Below are positions 1 through 9,814 of a stretch of 64,000 nt of DNA, one piece after another. Source of the stretch: an uncultured virus (IMG/VR IMGVR_UViG_3300040751_003707) (taxonomy: Duplodnaviria; Heunggongvirae; Uroviricota; Caudoviricetes); IMG/VR virus record IMGVR_UViG_3300040751_003707. One strand, 5' to 3'. Under the pieces are notes generated by a model. That model was not told where the DNA came from, made no database searches, and saw only the letters and a program-made list of their open reading frames with translations. Position 1 is the stretch's first letter. The number at the start of each line of letters is the position of its first letter. Made by a program: the position numbers and the translations under genes.

Positions 1-943
1 CGAAGTTACTTCTTGGAAAGGTGCGGGATTAAATCTAAAAGAGTCTTGGGAAAGTATCATTCAACCTTGTGTGTCTACAAGATGGTCACGACAAAACTCA
101 GATAAGTTCGGTGCTAATCCTGGAAGAGCACTTATAATCTCTACCCCCAAGGGCTATGACTATTTCTACGAGCTGTATAATAGGCAGGAGCACGATAATG
201 ACTGGCGATCATACACCTTTACCTACAGGGATTCTCCCTACCTAGACGAGGCAGAGATTGACAGAGTGAAGCTAACTCTGGATCCTCTTAAGTTCTCACG
301 AGAATACGAAGCCAGTTTTGAAGACTCTGGTAATAATGTATTCTATACTTTTGATAGGAAAGATCATATTGATGCTTCTCTACCTTACTTTGAGGAAGAG
401 GAAGAAGTACATGTAGCAATTGACTTCAATGTCGGTATCATGGCTTCTGTTATCTTTGCTATCAGAGGAAACCAAATTCATGTACTAGATGAAATGCAAG
501 GTCATCCTGATACAGAGACATTAGCAAACAGACTAAAGGAAAAGTTTAAGAAAAACAGACGGATTATTTCTTATCCAGATCCCGCTGGCAAAGCAAGGAA
601 GACTTCTGCTGCTGTTGGAACCACTGACTTTTCTATTTTACAATCAACGGGGATTCTTACAAGAGCACATAATAAGGCTCCACCAATTATTGATTCTGTT
701 GCTGCTGTTAATAAGAAATTTAAAAATGCTAATGGAGATATTGATATTTACATTCACCCCCGTTGTGTTAATACAATCAAATCTATTGAAAGAACACAAT
801 GGACAGAATCTAACCCAGATACAGCTACTATTGATAAAAAAGAAGGTATTGAACATTGGTCAGATGCTTTCCGTTATGCCGTTGAGTATCTGTATCCTAT
901 CCGAGCAGGTACTAAAGTAGCTACAAGAGGTTTCAACTTTTAA
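1..943 (+). CDS. terL: Terminase large subunit, 5'-truncated by the window edge
   Basis: Frame is open from base 2 (EVTSWKG...). Coupling motif IISTPKG, and RNase H-like nuclease motifs VAIDFN and EHWSDAFRYA. Confidence 0.93.
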   Translation, partial: EVTSWKGAGLNLKESWESIIQPCVSTRWSRQNSDKFGANPGRALIISTPKGYDYFYELYNRQEHDNDWRSYTFTYRDSPYLDEAEIDRVKLTLDPLKFSREYEASFEDSGNNVFYTFDRKDHIDASLPYFEEEEEVHVAIDFNVGIMASVIFAIRGNQIHVLDEMQGHPDTETLANRLKEKFKKNRRIISYPDPAGKARKTSAAVGTTDFSILQSTGILTRAHNKAPPIIDSVAAVNKKFKNANGDIDIYIHPRCVNTIKSIERTQWTESNPDTATIDKKEGIEHWSDAFRYAVEYLYPIRAGTKVATRGFNF

Positions 944-961
944 TTACAAGGAGTTCGCAAC

Positions 962-1093
962 ATGGCTACTAAATTAGCTGGTAAAGTTATTTCAGATAAA
1001 GACAGATTAAGTGCGGAAGAGTTAAAAAAAGCTAAAGACAAGCTTATCAAAGAACAAAACGATAAAAGAAATAAAAAACAGAATAGGAATTAA
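962..1093 (+). CDS. Small basic hypothetical protein, 43 aa (not in the ORF track)
   Basis: AAGGAG RBS, then ATG 962 MATKLAGKVISDKDRLSAEELKKAK..., TAA at 1091-1093; fills the intergenic gap. Confidence 0.6.
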   Translation: MATKLAGKVISDKDRLSAEELKKAKDKLIKEQNDKRNKKQNRN

Positions 1094-1096
1094 ATC

Positions 1097-1915
1097 ATGG
1101 CAATTTTAAATTATGATTTTACAGCTGCAAGGCAAAGAGCACTTGAACTTGCACAAGAAGCCTCCGCTAGGGCAAGAGAACTATCTGCTTCAGCACAAGA
1201 TGTCGTTACTGATGCATGGAGCGATACTAATGCGAACATTACAGCTGCACGTCAACGTCTAAGAGCTAACTTAAGTTCTGCTGCGCAGACCGCAAGAGAC
1301 TCCGTCACTGATACCTTTAATGATATGGGTGGTAATACAGCTGTGCTAAGAGCACGACAGCAGGCACGAAGGGCAGGCCGTGTGGCAAGTGCTTATGGAC
1401 GTATGGGTGTGCGCAATGTCAGAGAAGGTGTTAGTAATGCCGCTGATGCTGTCACTGATACCTTTAATGATATGGGTGGTAATACTGCTGCCTTAAGAGC
1501 ACGTCAGAGAGTGCGTACAGCTACTCGTACAGCAGGTGCTTATGGGCGCATGGGTCTAAGAACTGTAGGTGGTGTTGCTGCGGAGGCAAGAGAAAACCTA
1601 GGGGCTGCTGGTGGTGTTTTTGCTGAAAGAGCGAATACCGCTTTAAGTAACACACAAGATTACGTAAATGCATCTGCACAAAGAGCCTCTGGTTATATCG
1701 ATGGTGTAACTGAAAGAGCAGGTGGTGTTCTTCAAACCGCTTATAATAGAGCTAGATCTTCTTTTGATAACTCTGCTACTGGTGCTGCTAATCCTCGCCT
1801 TAACCCTAATCAACCACTAAACATAGTAACTATTTCACAACTTCGTCGTCAGTATCCTAATGAATCTGAAGCTCAGTTGCGTCGAAGATTACAAAATGGT
1901 AATTTCAGACGATAA
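1097..1915 (+). CDS. Ala/Arg-rich repeat protein of unknown function
   Basis: 272 aa with an internal repeat VTDTFNDMGGNTA twice and helical amphipathic composition. Confidence 0.75.
   Translation: MAILNYDFTAARQRALELAQEASARARELSASAQDVVTDAWSDTNANITAARQRLRANLSSAAQTARDSVTDTFNDMGGNTAVLRARQQARRAGRVASAYGRMGVRNVREGVSNAADAVTDTFNDMGGNTAALRARQRVRTATRTAGAYGRMGLRTVGGVAAEARENLGAAGGVFAERANTALSNTQDYVNASAQRASGYIDGVTERAGGVLQTAYNRARSSFDNSATGAANPRLNPNQPLNIVTISQLRRQYPNESEAQLRRRLQNGNFRR
1304..1485 (+). repeat. 35-bp exact direct repeat (1304-1338 and 1451-1485), period 147 bp
   Basis: GTCACTGATACCTTTAATGATATGGGTGGTAATAC occurs twice, in frame. Confidence 0.9.
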
Positions 1916-1965
1916 GAAACACTATACTCTAATACCCATCTGAGGATCGGTGAAAGGAAACTAAA

Positions 1966-2415
1966 ATGGCACGATCAAGAATTAACTCCAGCTCTAAAGA
2001 TCTTATTGATGATAATGGGGCTGTTCTTGTGTCTATTGTTGAGGGGGAACAAATTCAGTTAGATATTACTCTTAATTGGATTACAAGTCTTGCCTCTCAT
2101 ACACTTAGAGCAAAAATTGTAGAAGCAGACATGGCCGGAGAACTTGACTTTGATGGTAAACCAACTAAAGTTAAAGTTAATGGCCAAATTACAACTTTAC
2201 CAATTATCGATTCAGATAATACAGACAATACCTTTAAAATTGTAATCCCAGAAACTCTTGTTGACAACTGGACGACACAGCCTTCACCGGGTTCTCCTTC
2301 CTATGGTTGGATTGGTCTTGAAGTGAAAGACTCCGGCGTAGGGACAGCACAACAGATTTGGAAACCATTTAGGGGTCTTGTAGAAGTACTTTATAGTCCT
2401 TCAGAGGAGAGCTAG
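1966..2415 (+). CDS. Putative virion structural protein (beta-rich, possibly BppU-N-like)
   Basis: AAAGGA RBS; position at the start of the fibre cluster. Confidence 0.5.
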   Translation: MARSRINSSSKDLIDDNGAVLVSIVEGEQIQLDITLNWITSLASHTLRAKIVEADMAGELDFDGKPTKVKVNGQITTLPIIDSDNTDNTFKIVIPETLVDNWTTQPSPGSPSYGWIGLEVKDSGVGTAQQIWKPFRGLVEVLYSPSEES

Positions 2416-2417
2416 TT

Positions 2418-2846
2418 ATGTCTGATTACAAAATTACTGTTGGTAATATAAATGATATTTCCGTTGATGTCTCAAAAATTTCTTATGAGGTTTCCCTTGC
2501 AAGAGTTGGTTCACAGGGTTCTAAAGGCGACACTATTGAAAGTGCGTATATTTCTGAAGATGATCTTATCTTTGTAATGAGTAACTCTAATGGTGATACC
2601 TACGAGATCACTGTTAGCGGGTTTATCACTGATCTTTCTGATGCACATGATCATGACAATAGATATTATACTGAAACAGAGATTGACCATAAATTTGCAA
2701 CAAGATCTACAAGTGATCTTACAGATATCGATAACACTTTAAGATCTGATGGAGCTGTGCTTATTTACAACGGTGAGTCTTCTAAATATATGTCTACAAC
2801 AACAATAAACAACCCTAATACAACTATTACTGGAGGCTCATACTAA
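2418..2846 (+). CDS. Tail fibre-associated protein
   Basis: HDHDNRYYTETEID fibre motif, DGAVLIYN repeat, C-terminal ITGGSY. Confidence 0.6.
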   Translation: MSDYKITVGNINDISVDVSKISYEVSLARVGSQGSKGDTIESAYISEDDLIFVMSNSNGDTYEITVSGFITDLSDAHDHDNRYYTETEIDHKFATRSTSDLTDIDNTLRSDGAVLIYNGESSKYMSTTTINNPNTTITGGSY

Positions 2847-3703
2847 TGGCTACTAAAATTATTTTAAAGAAATCCTCTACAACAGGTTCTGCGCCTCTTA
2901 TTGGTGACATCGATCAAGGTGAATTAGCAGTAAACCTTGCTGATAGAAAAATTTATACTAAAAACAATTCAGGTGCAATCGTTACTGTTAATGGAGCCTA
3001 TGTAGATTCTGTTGCACCTCCTTCACCAGCAGAGGGCGATTTATGGTATGATACTGTAAATAATCTTCTAAAGTCTTATAATGGCTCTGCTTTTGTTTCT
3101 GCAGGGTACAGCACATTAGAGTCTCTAGAAGATGTAACTATTACAGGTATTACTTCTGGTGAAATCCTTAAATGGGATGGGTCTGCTTTTGTAAATAACA
3201 CTTTAGCGGAAGCAGGTATTTCTGCTACAGGTCATACACATACTGCCTCTGATATTACTGACTTTAGCACAGCAGTTGATTCAGAACTTTCCGGCGGTGT
3301 TGGTGTTTCATACAATGATGGTGTTATCAGCATTGGTCAGGCGGTTGCTACATCTGATGATGTGACCTTTAATGACATGGAGTTGACAGGTACTTTATAT
3401 GGTCCTTCTTCCTTTACTATCGACCCAAGCACCCATGGTGATGACACTGGTACCGTTGTTATTGCTGGTAACTTAACTGTTAACGGAACGACCACTTCTG
3501 TCAACTCTAATGAAGTAAATATCGGTGATTCTGTCATTCTGTTAAACTCAGATGAAACGGGGGTACCTTCACAAAATGGCGGGATTGAAATTGAACGCGG
3601 TACTTCTGCTAATGTCTCTTTTGTATGGAATGAAGCAAGTGATGCTTGGGATATGAATAACGAAACACTTCAGAACGTTGTTCTTGACGGTGGTACTTAT
3701 TAA
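2846..3703 (+). CDS. Tail or head fibre protein
   Basis: Mtd_N-like N-terminus KIILKKSS..G.AP...GELAVNLADRKIY, plus EGDLWYD, HTH and GNLTVNGTTT fibre motifs. Confidence 0.7.
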   Translation: MATKIILKKSSTTGSAPLIGDIDQGELAVNLADRKIYTKNNSGAIVTVNGAYVDSVAPPSPAEGDLWYDTVNNLLKSYNGSAFVSAGYSTLESLEDVTITGITSGEILKWDGSAFVNNTLAEAGISATGHTHTASDITDFSTAVDSELSGGVGVSYNDGVISIGQAVATSDDVTFNDMELTGTLYGPSSFTIDPSTHGDDTGTVVIAGNLTVNGTTTSVNSNEVNIGDSVILLNSDETGVPSQNGGIEIERGTSANVSFVWNEASDAWDMNNETLQNVVLDGGTY

Positions 3704-3748
3704 TTAAATTATAAGTTGCTATTCTATAATAGTAAACAGGAGTGTCCT

Positions 3749-5095
3749 ATGACAACAAAGATTATTTTAAAAAAGTCAAGTGTTAGTGGTAACATCCCAG
3801 ACACATCACAACTAGATGTTGGTGAAGTTGCCATTAACCTTGCAGATAAAAAGCTTTACTCAAAAACTGGTAGCAATGAAATCATTGAGATTGGCGGGGC
3901 CGACTCAATTACTAATTTAGATAATATTGATTATATTGATTTTGATACTACCTATGAGCCAGCTAATCCAACAACAAGTTCTCTTTATTGGAATTCTGAT
4001 GAAGAAACTTTAAATCTTACTGTAAACGATAACGTGACATTACAAGTTGGACAAGAGCTTTTATGGAATGTCAAAAATCAGACAGGCTCTACTATTACTA
4101 ATGGCACACCAGTAATGGCAGTTGGGACTGTTGGCTCTTCAGGGCGTATTCTAATCTCTCCGATGGATGGTACAGATCCTGATAATGCTAAATATTTCCT
4201 CGGTATAGCTACGGAAACAATTCTTAATGGGGAAGATGGTAAAGTCACCCACTTTGGGAAAGTTAGAGACATTGATACTTCTTCTTATTCAGAAGGAGCT
4301 GTTTTATATGTTTCAACAACAACTTTAGGCGCAGTACAAACTACAGAACCTACATCTGGATTAAATTTACCAATTGCTTTTGTAGTTACATCAAGTGAAA
4401 CTTCTGGTACTATTGCCGTTCGTGTAAAAAATATCGACGTCAATTCTTTTGCTACTTCTGCACAAGGTACTCTTGCAGACTCTGCCTTACAAGCAGAAGA
4501 TATTGGAGTTACTGTACAAGGTTATAATGTAAATACTGTAATTGATTCAAATTATGTTCATACAGATAATAATTACACCACTGTTGAAAAAAATAAACTT
4601 GCAGGAATCGAGGCTAATGCGGATGTAACTGATTCTACAAATGTTCAAGCGGCAGGGGCCTTAATGGATAGTGAGCTGGATAATCTCACAGCAGTCAAGG
4701 CTCTTGATCAAGGTGTATCAACAACGGATAGCCCAACTTTTACTGGTTTGACCGTCGGTACGGATACATTTACGGTTTCAGGATCTATAACTGAGCAGGT
4801 ATATAACTGGTCTAGCACTACAGGATCTGTTACAACTGAGTTAGAGCCGGATAACGGAACTATTCAAACACTCACGCTTACAGGTAATATAACCGCACTG
4901 ACAGATAATTTTTCGTCTGGACAAGCACTGACTTTACACATTACTGATGGAGGCTATACTATCACTTGGCCAACGATGACTTGGGTAAACAACGGAGGTA
5001 GTGCTCCTGATTTAAGCACCCCTACTTTTACGGTAGTATCTATTTGGAAAGTTGGCAGCACGCTCTACGGAGCACTTGTGGGGGACGGTTCGTAA
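3749..5095 (+). CDS. Tail or head fibre protein (N-terminus paralogous to the upstream gene)
   Basis: AGGAG RBS before ATG 3749; MTTKIILKKSS..GEVAINLADKKLY; EKNKLAGIEANA coiled-coil motif. Confidence 0.7.
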   Translation: MTTKIILKKSSVSGNIPDTSQLDVGEVAINLADKKLYSKTGSNEIIEIGGADSITNLDNIDYIDFDTTYEPANPTTSSLYWNSDEETLNLTVNDNVTLQVGQELLWNVKNQTGSTITNGTPVMAVGTVGSSGRILISPMDGTDPDNAKYFLGIATETILNGEDGKVTHFGKVRDIDTSSYSEGAVLYVSTTTLGAVQTTEPTSGLNLPIAFVVTSSETSGTIAVRVKNIDVNSFATSAQGTLADSALQAEDIGVTVQGYNVNTVIDSNYVHTDNNYTTVEKNKLAGIEANADVTDSTNVQAAGALMDSELDNLTAVKALDQGVSTTDSPTFTGLTVGTDTFTVSGSITEQVYNWSSTTGSVTTELEPDNGTIQTLTLTGNITALTDNFSSGQALTLHITDGGYTITWPTMTWVNNGGSAPDLSTPTFTVVSIWKVGSTLYGALVGDGS

Positions 5096-5754
5096 TGTTG
5101 TTTCATAAAACGATTGGGGCTGGTGGGACTGGTGGCAGCACTGCAGCCCCTATATATACCGGAGGATATCTGCAATCTGCAGAATCAACGGCAGACAGGA
5201 GTAGTTATACCTTTAGTTCTATAAATATAGGCACTGCAGCCTCCGATAGGATGGTATTGGTGGCTGTGCATTATTTTACCAATTCTTACACTGTCCCTAC
5301 GGTTACTGTAGGAGGCTCAACAACGACTCGAATATCTACAACATTCGGCCCCTACGAGTGTCAGGTATCTACACATAATATAAATATAACCACAGGGACT
5401 GTTGCTAATATAGTTGTGTCTTTTTCTACTGCACCGCTTAGATGCGCTATATCGGTATACTCTTTTTACGGCCTCAGCTCACAAACACCAACTGATACAA
5501 GCGTAGATGGTGGCGGGTTAGATATAGCTTCTACTAGTTTATCTACTGAATCCGGTGGTCTAGTTTTTCACGCTGGGTCAAATTTTGGGGGTGCTGCTGG
5601 TATATGGGGTAGCTTAGATCCTTCTATAGAAGATGAAAATGAAAATCAGTATTATAGCTCAGGTTTTACTGTAGGCACAGGCTCGACTATGGTAGAATCT
5701 CTTGATTCTCCAGGCACTAATAGAGTATCACTGGTTTCAGCAACATGGTCATAA
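5095..5754 (+). CDS. Ser/Thr/Gly-rich putative receptor-binding or fibre-tip protein
   Basis: ATG overlaps the upstream stop (TAATG); beta-rich composition. Confidence 0.55.
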   Translation: MLFHKTIGAGGTGGSTAAPIYTGGYLQSAESTADRSSYTFSSINIGTAASDRMVLVAVHYFTNSYTVPTVTVGGSTTTRISTTFGPYECQVSTHNINITTGTVANIVVSFSTAPLRCAISVYSFYGLSSQTPTDTSVDGGGLDIASTSLSTESGGLVFHAGSNFGGAAGIWGSLDPSIEDENENQYYSSGFTVGTGSTMVESLDSPGTNRVSLVSATWS

Positions 5755-5778
5755 AGTACAAACTACTAGGAGAGTAAA

Positions 5779-6315
5779 ATGTATATTAAAATTACAAACG
5801 GCACACCCGAGAAATACACAATCGGGAAACTACGCCGTGATAACCAAAATACGTCATTCCCGCGAATCATCTCCGATGATATCTTGAGCAGTTATGAGGT
5901 GTATTCTTATGCTATTCAAGACCAACCTAGTTATGATAAACGCACACAGCGGCTTGAATCAGGAAGCTTCGATAATTCAAGCGGTTCTTGGGTTCAAACT
6001 TGGAACATTGTCGATAAGACTACAGAAGAAGTTGAGGAGTATGATTCAAATATGGTTCAGCAAGTAAAAGCTGAAGCACAAAGAAGAATTATCAACATAA
6101 TACCAGAATGGAAGCAACGCAACCTTACTGCTCGTGCTGCCGAACTTGCAATCAAAGGAGTTGTAAACTGGACAGCTGAGGAAACTTTAGAGTATGAAAA
6201 GGGTCAAGCTATCTGGAACTCTATTAAAAGAATCAGAGAAAAATCTGATGAATTAGAATCTATGTCAATAATTCCAATTGACTTTTATGATGATAAATAT
6301 TGGGTTAATGTATAA
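5779..6315 (+). CDS. Putative tail fibre assembly protein
   Basis: AGGAG RBS; LRRDNQNTSFP and WVQTW motifs typical of fibre-associated genes. Confidence 0.5.
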   Translation: MYIKITNGTPEKYTIGKLRRDNQNTSFPRIISDDILSSYEVYSYAIQDQPSYDKRTQRLESGSFDNSSGSWVQTWNIVDKTTEEVEEYDSNMVQQVKAEAQRRIINIIPEWKQRNLTARAAELAIKGVVNWTAEETLEYEKGQAIWNSIKRIREKSDELESMSIIPIDFYDDKYWVNV

Positions 6316-6998
6316 TGTCAAAAAGAAGACCAAAAAAGCTTAATGAGAACACCACGCAATCCTTTGGTTTTAATGTGATACCAAAGAATCAAAAACAAGA
6401 CACACTCATTAACGCTATCAAACAAAAGTCTATTGTTGTAACTATTGGGTGTGCAGGAACTGGTAAGACCTATTGTTCCGCTGGCACTGCAGCCCAATTG
6501 TTTTTAAAGGGTAAACACAATAAAATTGTTCTTACAAGAGCGAACGTACCGACTGGAAAATCTCTTGGGCACTTCCCCGGTGATATTAAAGAAAAAATGA
6601 CACCTTGGTTGATGCCTATGCTCGAAGTTCTGAGGAAGGCTTTTGGACAAAATAAATACGAGTACATGCTAAACAAGGGTCAGATCGAGATTCAGCCGAT
6701 TGAGACAATCCGTGGTAGATCCTATGAGAACTCTATTGTCCTTGTAGACGAAGCACAAAATTTATCTATGGATGAACTCAAAGCTATCTCAACAAGAATT
6801 GGTGAAAATACTAAGCTTGTTCTTATGGGAGATCCCGCCCAATCAGATGTAAACAAGGGGAGAGATCTTGTCTTGTTCTGTGAAAAGGTAAATAAGGCCA
6901 ATATCGATATTCCAATCATTACGTTTGGTGTTAATGATATTGTCAGATCAGATATTGTTGCTGATCTTGTTAAACTATTTATCGAAGAAAAATTGTAA
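6315..6998 (+). CDS. phoH: PhoH-family ATPase
   Basis: Walker A GCAGTGKT, LGHFPGD, IRGRSY, VDEAQN, GDPAQSD and DIVRS motifs. Confidence 0.93.
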   Translation: MSKRRPKKLNENTTQSFGFNVIPKNQKQDTLINAIKQKSIVVTIGCAGTGKTYCSAGTAAQLFLKGKHNKIVLTRANVPTGKSLGHFPGDIKEKMTPWLMPMLEVLRKAFGQNKYEYMLNKGQIEIQPIETIRGRSYENSIVLVDEAQNLSMDELKAISTRIGENTKLVLMGDPAQSDVNKGRDLVLFCEKVNKANIDIPIITFGVNDIVRSDIVADLVKLFIEEKL

Positions 6999-7023
6999 TT
7001 GCTAATAGTGAAAGGAAACGAAG

Positions 7024-7740
7024 ATGGCAATTAAAGTAAGTAATACTACTGTTATTAACGACAGTAGAGAAATTGTAAATGTGTCTAATATTTACCAAGG
7101 TACAAGCGATGGTAATGACACTTCATTAGTTACTATCAATGGCGGCGGTGGTGGCCCAAACTGGTCTAGAGGTGCAGGTGTTCATGTTTATGGTAATGAA
7201 CATGCTTCTGAGCCGGGTCTGGCATGGCTATACGGGGGAAGTGTAACAGGGTCTGAAGTAAGAATTTCTGCTGGTGGCTCAACTCGCTTATCTATTAATG
7301 GCGACACGGGTGCATGGAATATCAATAGCGTTTCTAATCCAGGAACATCAGGACAAGTATTGACAAGTCAAGGTAGTGGCGCTCCCCCCGGTTGGGCTGA
7401 CGCAGGCATGGGTGCACCTGCTTACTCTACAGATGTTACTTCTTCATACTACACAACAAAATTAACGCTATCACACGGTCTTGGTAGAGATCCTTACCAC
7501 GTTAATGTTTATCTTGAGTGTGTATCAGCAGCACAAGGTTACTCTGTTGGGGACCGTATTCCTTTATCTTACGATAATTGGCAGCAGTCTTACGGTGTTA
7601 AGTATGATTTCAACTCTTCAACAATATCAGTTTATCTTTTTCAATCAGCAATTCCTATTAAGGGTAGTTCTTCTTATTATTCTTATTTTTATCTTTCTAG
7701 TAACTTAGCTAGTTTTAAACTTGTAGTGGAGGCTTGGTAA
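7024..7740 (+). CDS. Tail fibre-related protein
   Basis: GTSGQVLTSQGSG fibre repeat and HGLGRDP motif. Confidence 0.6.
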   Translation: MAIKVSNTTVINDSREIVNVSNIYQGTSDGNDTSLVTINGGGGGPNWSRGAGVHVYGNEHASEPGLAWLYGGSVTGSEVRISAGGSTRLSINGDTGAWNINSVSNPGTSGQVLTSQGSGAPPGWADAGMGAPAYSTDVTSSYYTTKLTLSHGLGRDPYHVNVYLECVSAAQGYSVGDRIPLSYDNWQQSYGVKYDFNSSTISVYLFQSAIPIKGSSSYYSYFYLSSNLASFKLVVEAW

Positions 7741-8174
7741 TGCAAAATACTTATTGGTGTTACGTTAACGGTGTTTACAAGAATGCTGTTTTTATTGGAA
7801 CTAAAGAAGAGTGGTTAGAGTACGCAGATGAGAATGGTTTTGACGGACAGCTCGGCTTTAATGAGCCAAGTCAACTTACAGAATTAGAACTTTGGAGAGA
7901 AAATATTTCTTTAAGCAAGGGCCAGTTCTGTATTAATGCTTATAATGCAGGCTTCCTCAGTGAAGAAGATGCAGTGACAGCTGCGAAAGGGGATTGGCCT
8001 GAGAGCTTTACTACAGCATTATCTGGCTTAACCCCATCTCAGATTGTTGAAGCAAAGATTGAGTGGGCGCTGGTCACAACTGTCCGTAGAAACGCCCCTT
8101 TACTCGAAATGGTAAGAGCTTCACAAAATATCTCTGAAGAGGTTTTAGACGCACTGTTTGGATTAACTGAGTAA
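7740..8174 (+). CDS. Hypothetical fibre-associated protein
   Basis: ATG overlaps the upstream stop; C-terminal W...RR.APL...LDALF motif. Confidence 0.5.
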   Translation: MQNTYWCYVNGVYKNAVFIGTKEEWLEYADENGFDGQLGFNEPSQLTELELWRENISLSKGQFCINAYNAGFLSEEDAVTAAKGDWPESFTTALSGLTPSQIVEAKIEWALVTTVRRNAPLLEMVRASQNISEEVLDALFGLTE

Positions 8175-8182
8175 TTACACAC

Positions 8183-8632
8183 ATGAATTACAGTGAGAGT
8201 GAAATAGAAATAGCAATAGAAAAAGCGGTTAAAGAGATCAATAAAAGGGCAGAACAATCAGAGAGTTATATCCATGGTTACAATGATTGTTTTGCTCTTG
8301 CCGCTCAATATGAAATCAAATTAAGGAAAGATAGATCTATTGCCGTTAATTCAGAAGTATCCTATAGTTTACCTGAAGAGTTTTTAAAAGCTATAAACTG
8401 TAATACATTTGATGAAGTAGCAGAAAAGTTTAAGTTCTCTCCTGTATATGACAGAGTCCCAAGAAAAGGGGATGTAATCGTAGAAGTTCGTCAGGGGTTT
8501 ATTTCAACATTAATTTGTGATGGAAACTATTGGATAACTACAACAGAAACAAACAACGGTGTTACCCAAAGAAGAAGGGTTTTACCCAAAGAAATTCGGG
8601 CTGTATTTCACGGCAGACCTGACTACATATAG
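8183..8632 (+). CDS. NlpC/P60-like tail tip protein, possibly degenerate
   Basis: GYNDCF Cys motif and PRKGDV; no catalytic His is evident. Confidence 0.5.
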   Translation: MNYSESEIEIAIEKAVKEINKRAEQSESYIHGYNDCFALAAQYEIKLRKDRSIAVNSEVSYSLPEEFLKAINCNTFDEVAEKFKFSPVYDRVPRKGDVIVEVRQGFISTLICDGNYWITTTETNNGVTQRRRVLPKEIRAVFHGRPDYI

Positions 8633-8642
8633 GAGAGTAACT

Positions 8643-9254
8643 ATGTCAGTATACTATTATAATGGCAATCAGATCTTAGCACCATTTTCTATCGAAAGTA
8701 ACCAACCAGTGTTTTTCGATGATACTGTATCACTAAAACATGTAAGATCATCACAGAAGGCACAGCGGTGGGAGCTTTCTTTTGAAGTTCTAAGTAATGA
8801 CAATATTGTTGAATCATTCCTTGGCTCTATAGAAGAGATATCAACAGCTAAGAAAATGATTATGCCCCAGTTTAAAGAGGTTGATGATAGAAGAACAGCT
8901 AGCGGTTTACTATCCGCAGTTGAGGCTCCGGGATATTCACATTCAGCAGGATCTACTGAAATTTTTGCTGTACCAAGTGGAAGTTCTTCTGGTATACTCC
9001 CGAAAGGTTCCTTCATTTCTTTCAACGATCATTCAAAGGTTTATATAACCAAAAATGATATTGATCTTTCTTTAAATGAAACTTTAAACATTTATCCTGC
9101 ATTAGTTACTGATCTGTCAGCTTTCCCAACAATATATTATGGCTCTGCCTGCGAACTTACTTATTATAAAGATGTAAGCACGGCAACGAATATCCGGTAT
9201 AGTGATGGTATTTTAGCAGACATGGGTAAAATTAAACTTATTGAGGCATTGTAA
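8643..9254 (+). CDS. Distal tail (Dit-like) protein
   Basis: AGGAG RBS; AQRWELSF, KGSFISF..HSKVY and IYPAL motifs; C-terminal LIEAL. Confidence 0.6.
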   Translation: MSVYYYNGNQILAPFSIESNQPVFFDDTVSLKHVRSSQKAQRWELSFEVLSNDNIVESFLGSIEEISTAKKMIMPQFKEVDDRRTASGLLSAVEAPGYSHSAGSTEIFAVPSGSSSGILPKGSFISFNDHSKVYITKNDIDLSLNETLNIYPALVTDLSAFPTIYYGSACELTYYKDVSTATNIRYSDGILADMGKIKLIEAL

Positions 9255-9814
9255 TGAGACAGTTTTCTTCAGAAGTACAAGCTGCACTCGATCAAGACTT
9301 CATTGAGTATTTCTTTCTTGTTCAGCTTAATTTAAACAACACGTATTACCTTACAACTTATAATTCTGACATTGTTGTTGGTGGTAATACTTATTTAGCA
9401 AACGGCGTAATTTTTAGTTATGATTCACCAAGACAAAACTCAGTACTAGACAGAGAAGCTTATCAAATGGCTTTTGTTGATCCAGCTAATGAGCTTCTCA
9501 CAGAGTTTAGAAATGGTGTTGTTGGTAAGAGCGTTATTGTCAGAGCTGGGTTTGTTTCAACTAGCGGTTTTCCATTAACAGATGAAAGCGACCTTGTGTA
9601 TGTGTATAAAGGTTATGTAGATGCTCCTTCAATTTCTAATGATTTTAGTTCTAAGATAGCAAAAATAGAAGGTTCTTCGCCGATGGCAGACTTTGACATG
9701 GTTCGACCTTTCTACACTACACCTTATGGTATGGATCAATTTGATACTACAGATACTTCTTTTGATAGAATTAATGATGGCTACGAGCTACAAGTAAGGT
9801 GGGGCAAGGTATAA
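9254..9814 (+). CDS. Tail tip / baseplate hub protein
   Basis: MRQFSSEVQAAL start, YKGYVD, C-terminal VRWGK; lies between Dit and the central tail protein. Confidence 0.6.
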   Translation: MRQFSSEVQAALDQDFIEYFFLVQLNLNNTYYLTTYNSDIVVGGNTYLANGVIFSYDSPRQNSVLDREAYQMAFVDPANELLTEFRNGVVGKSVIVRAGFVSTSGFPLTDESDLVYVYKGYVDAPSISNDFSSKIAKIEGSSPMADFDMVRPFYTTPYGMDQFDTTDTSFDRINDGYELQVRWGKV

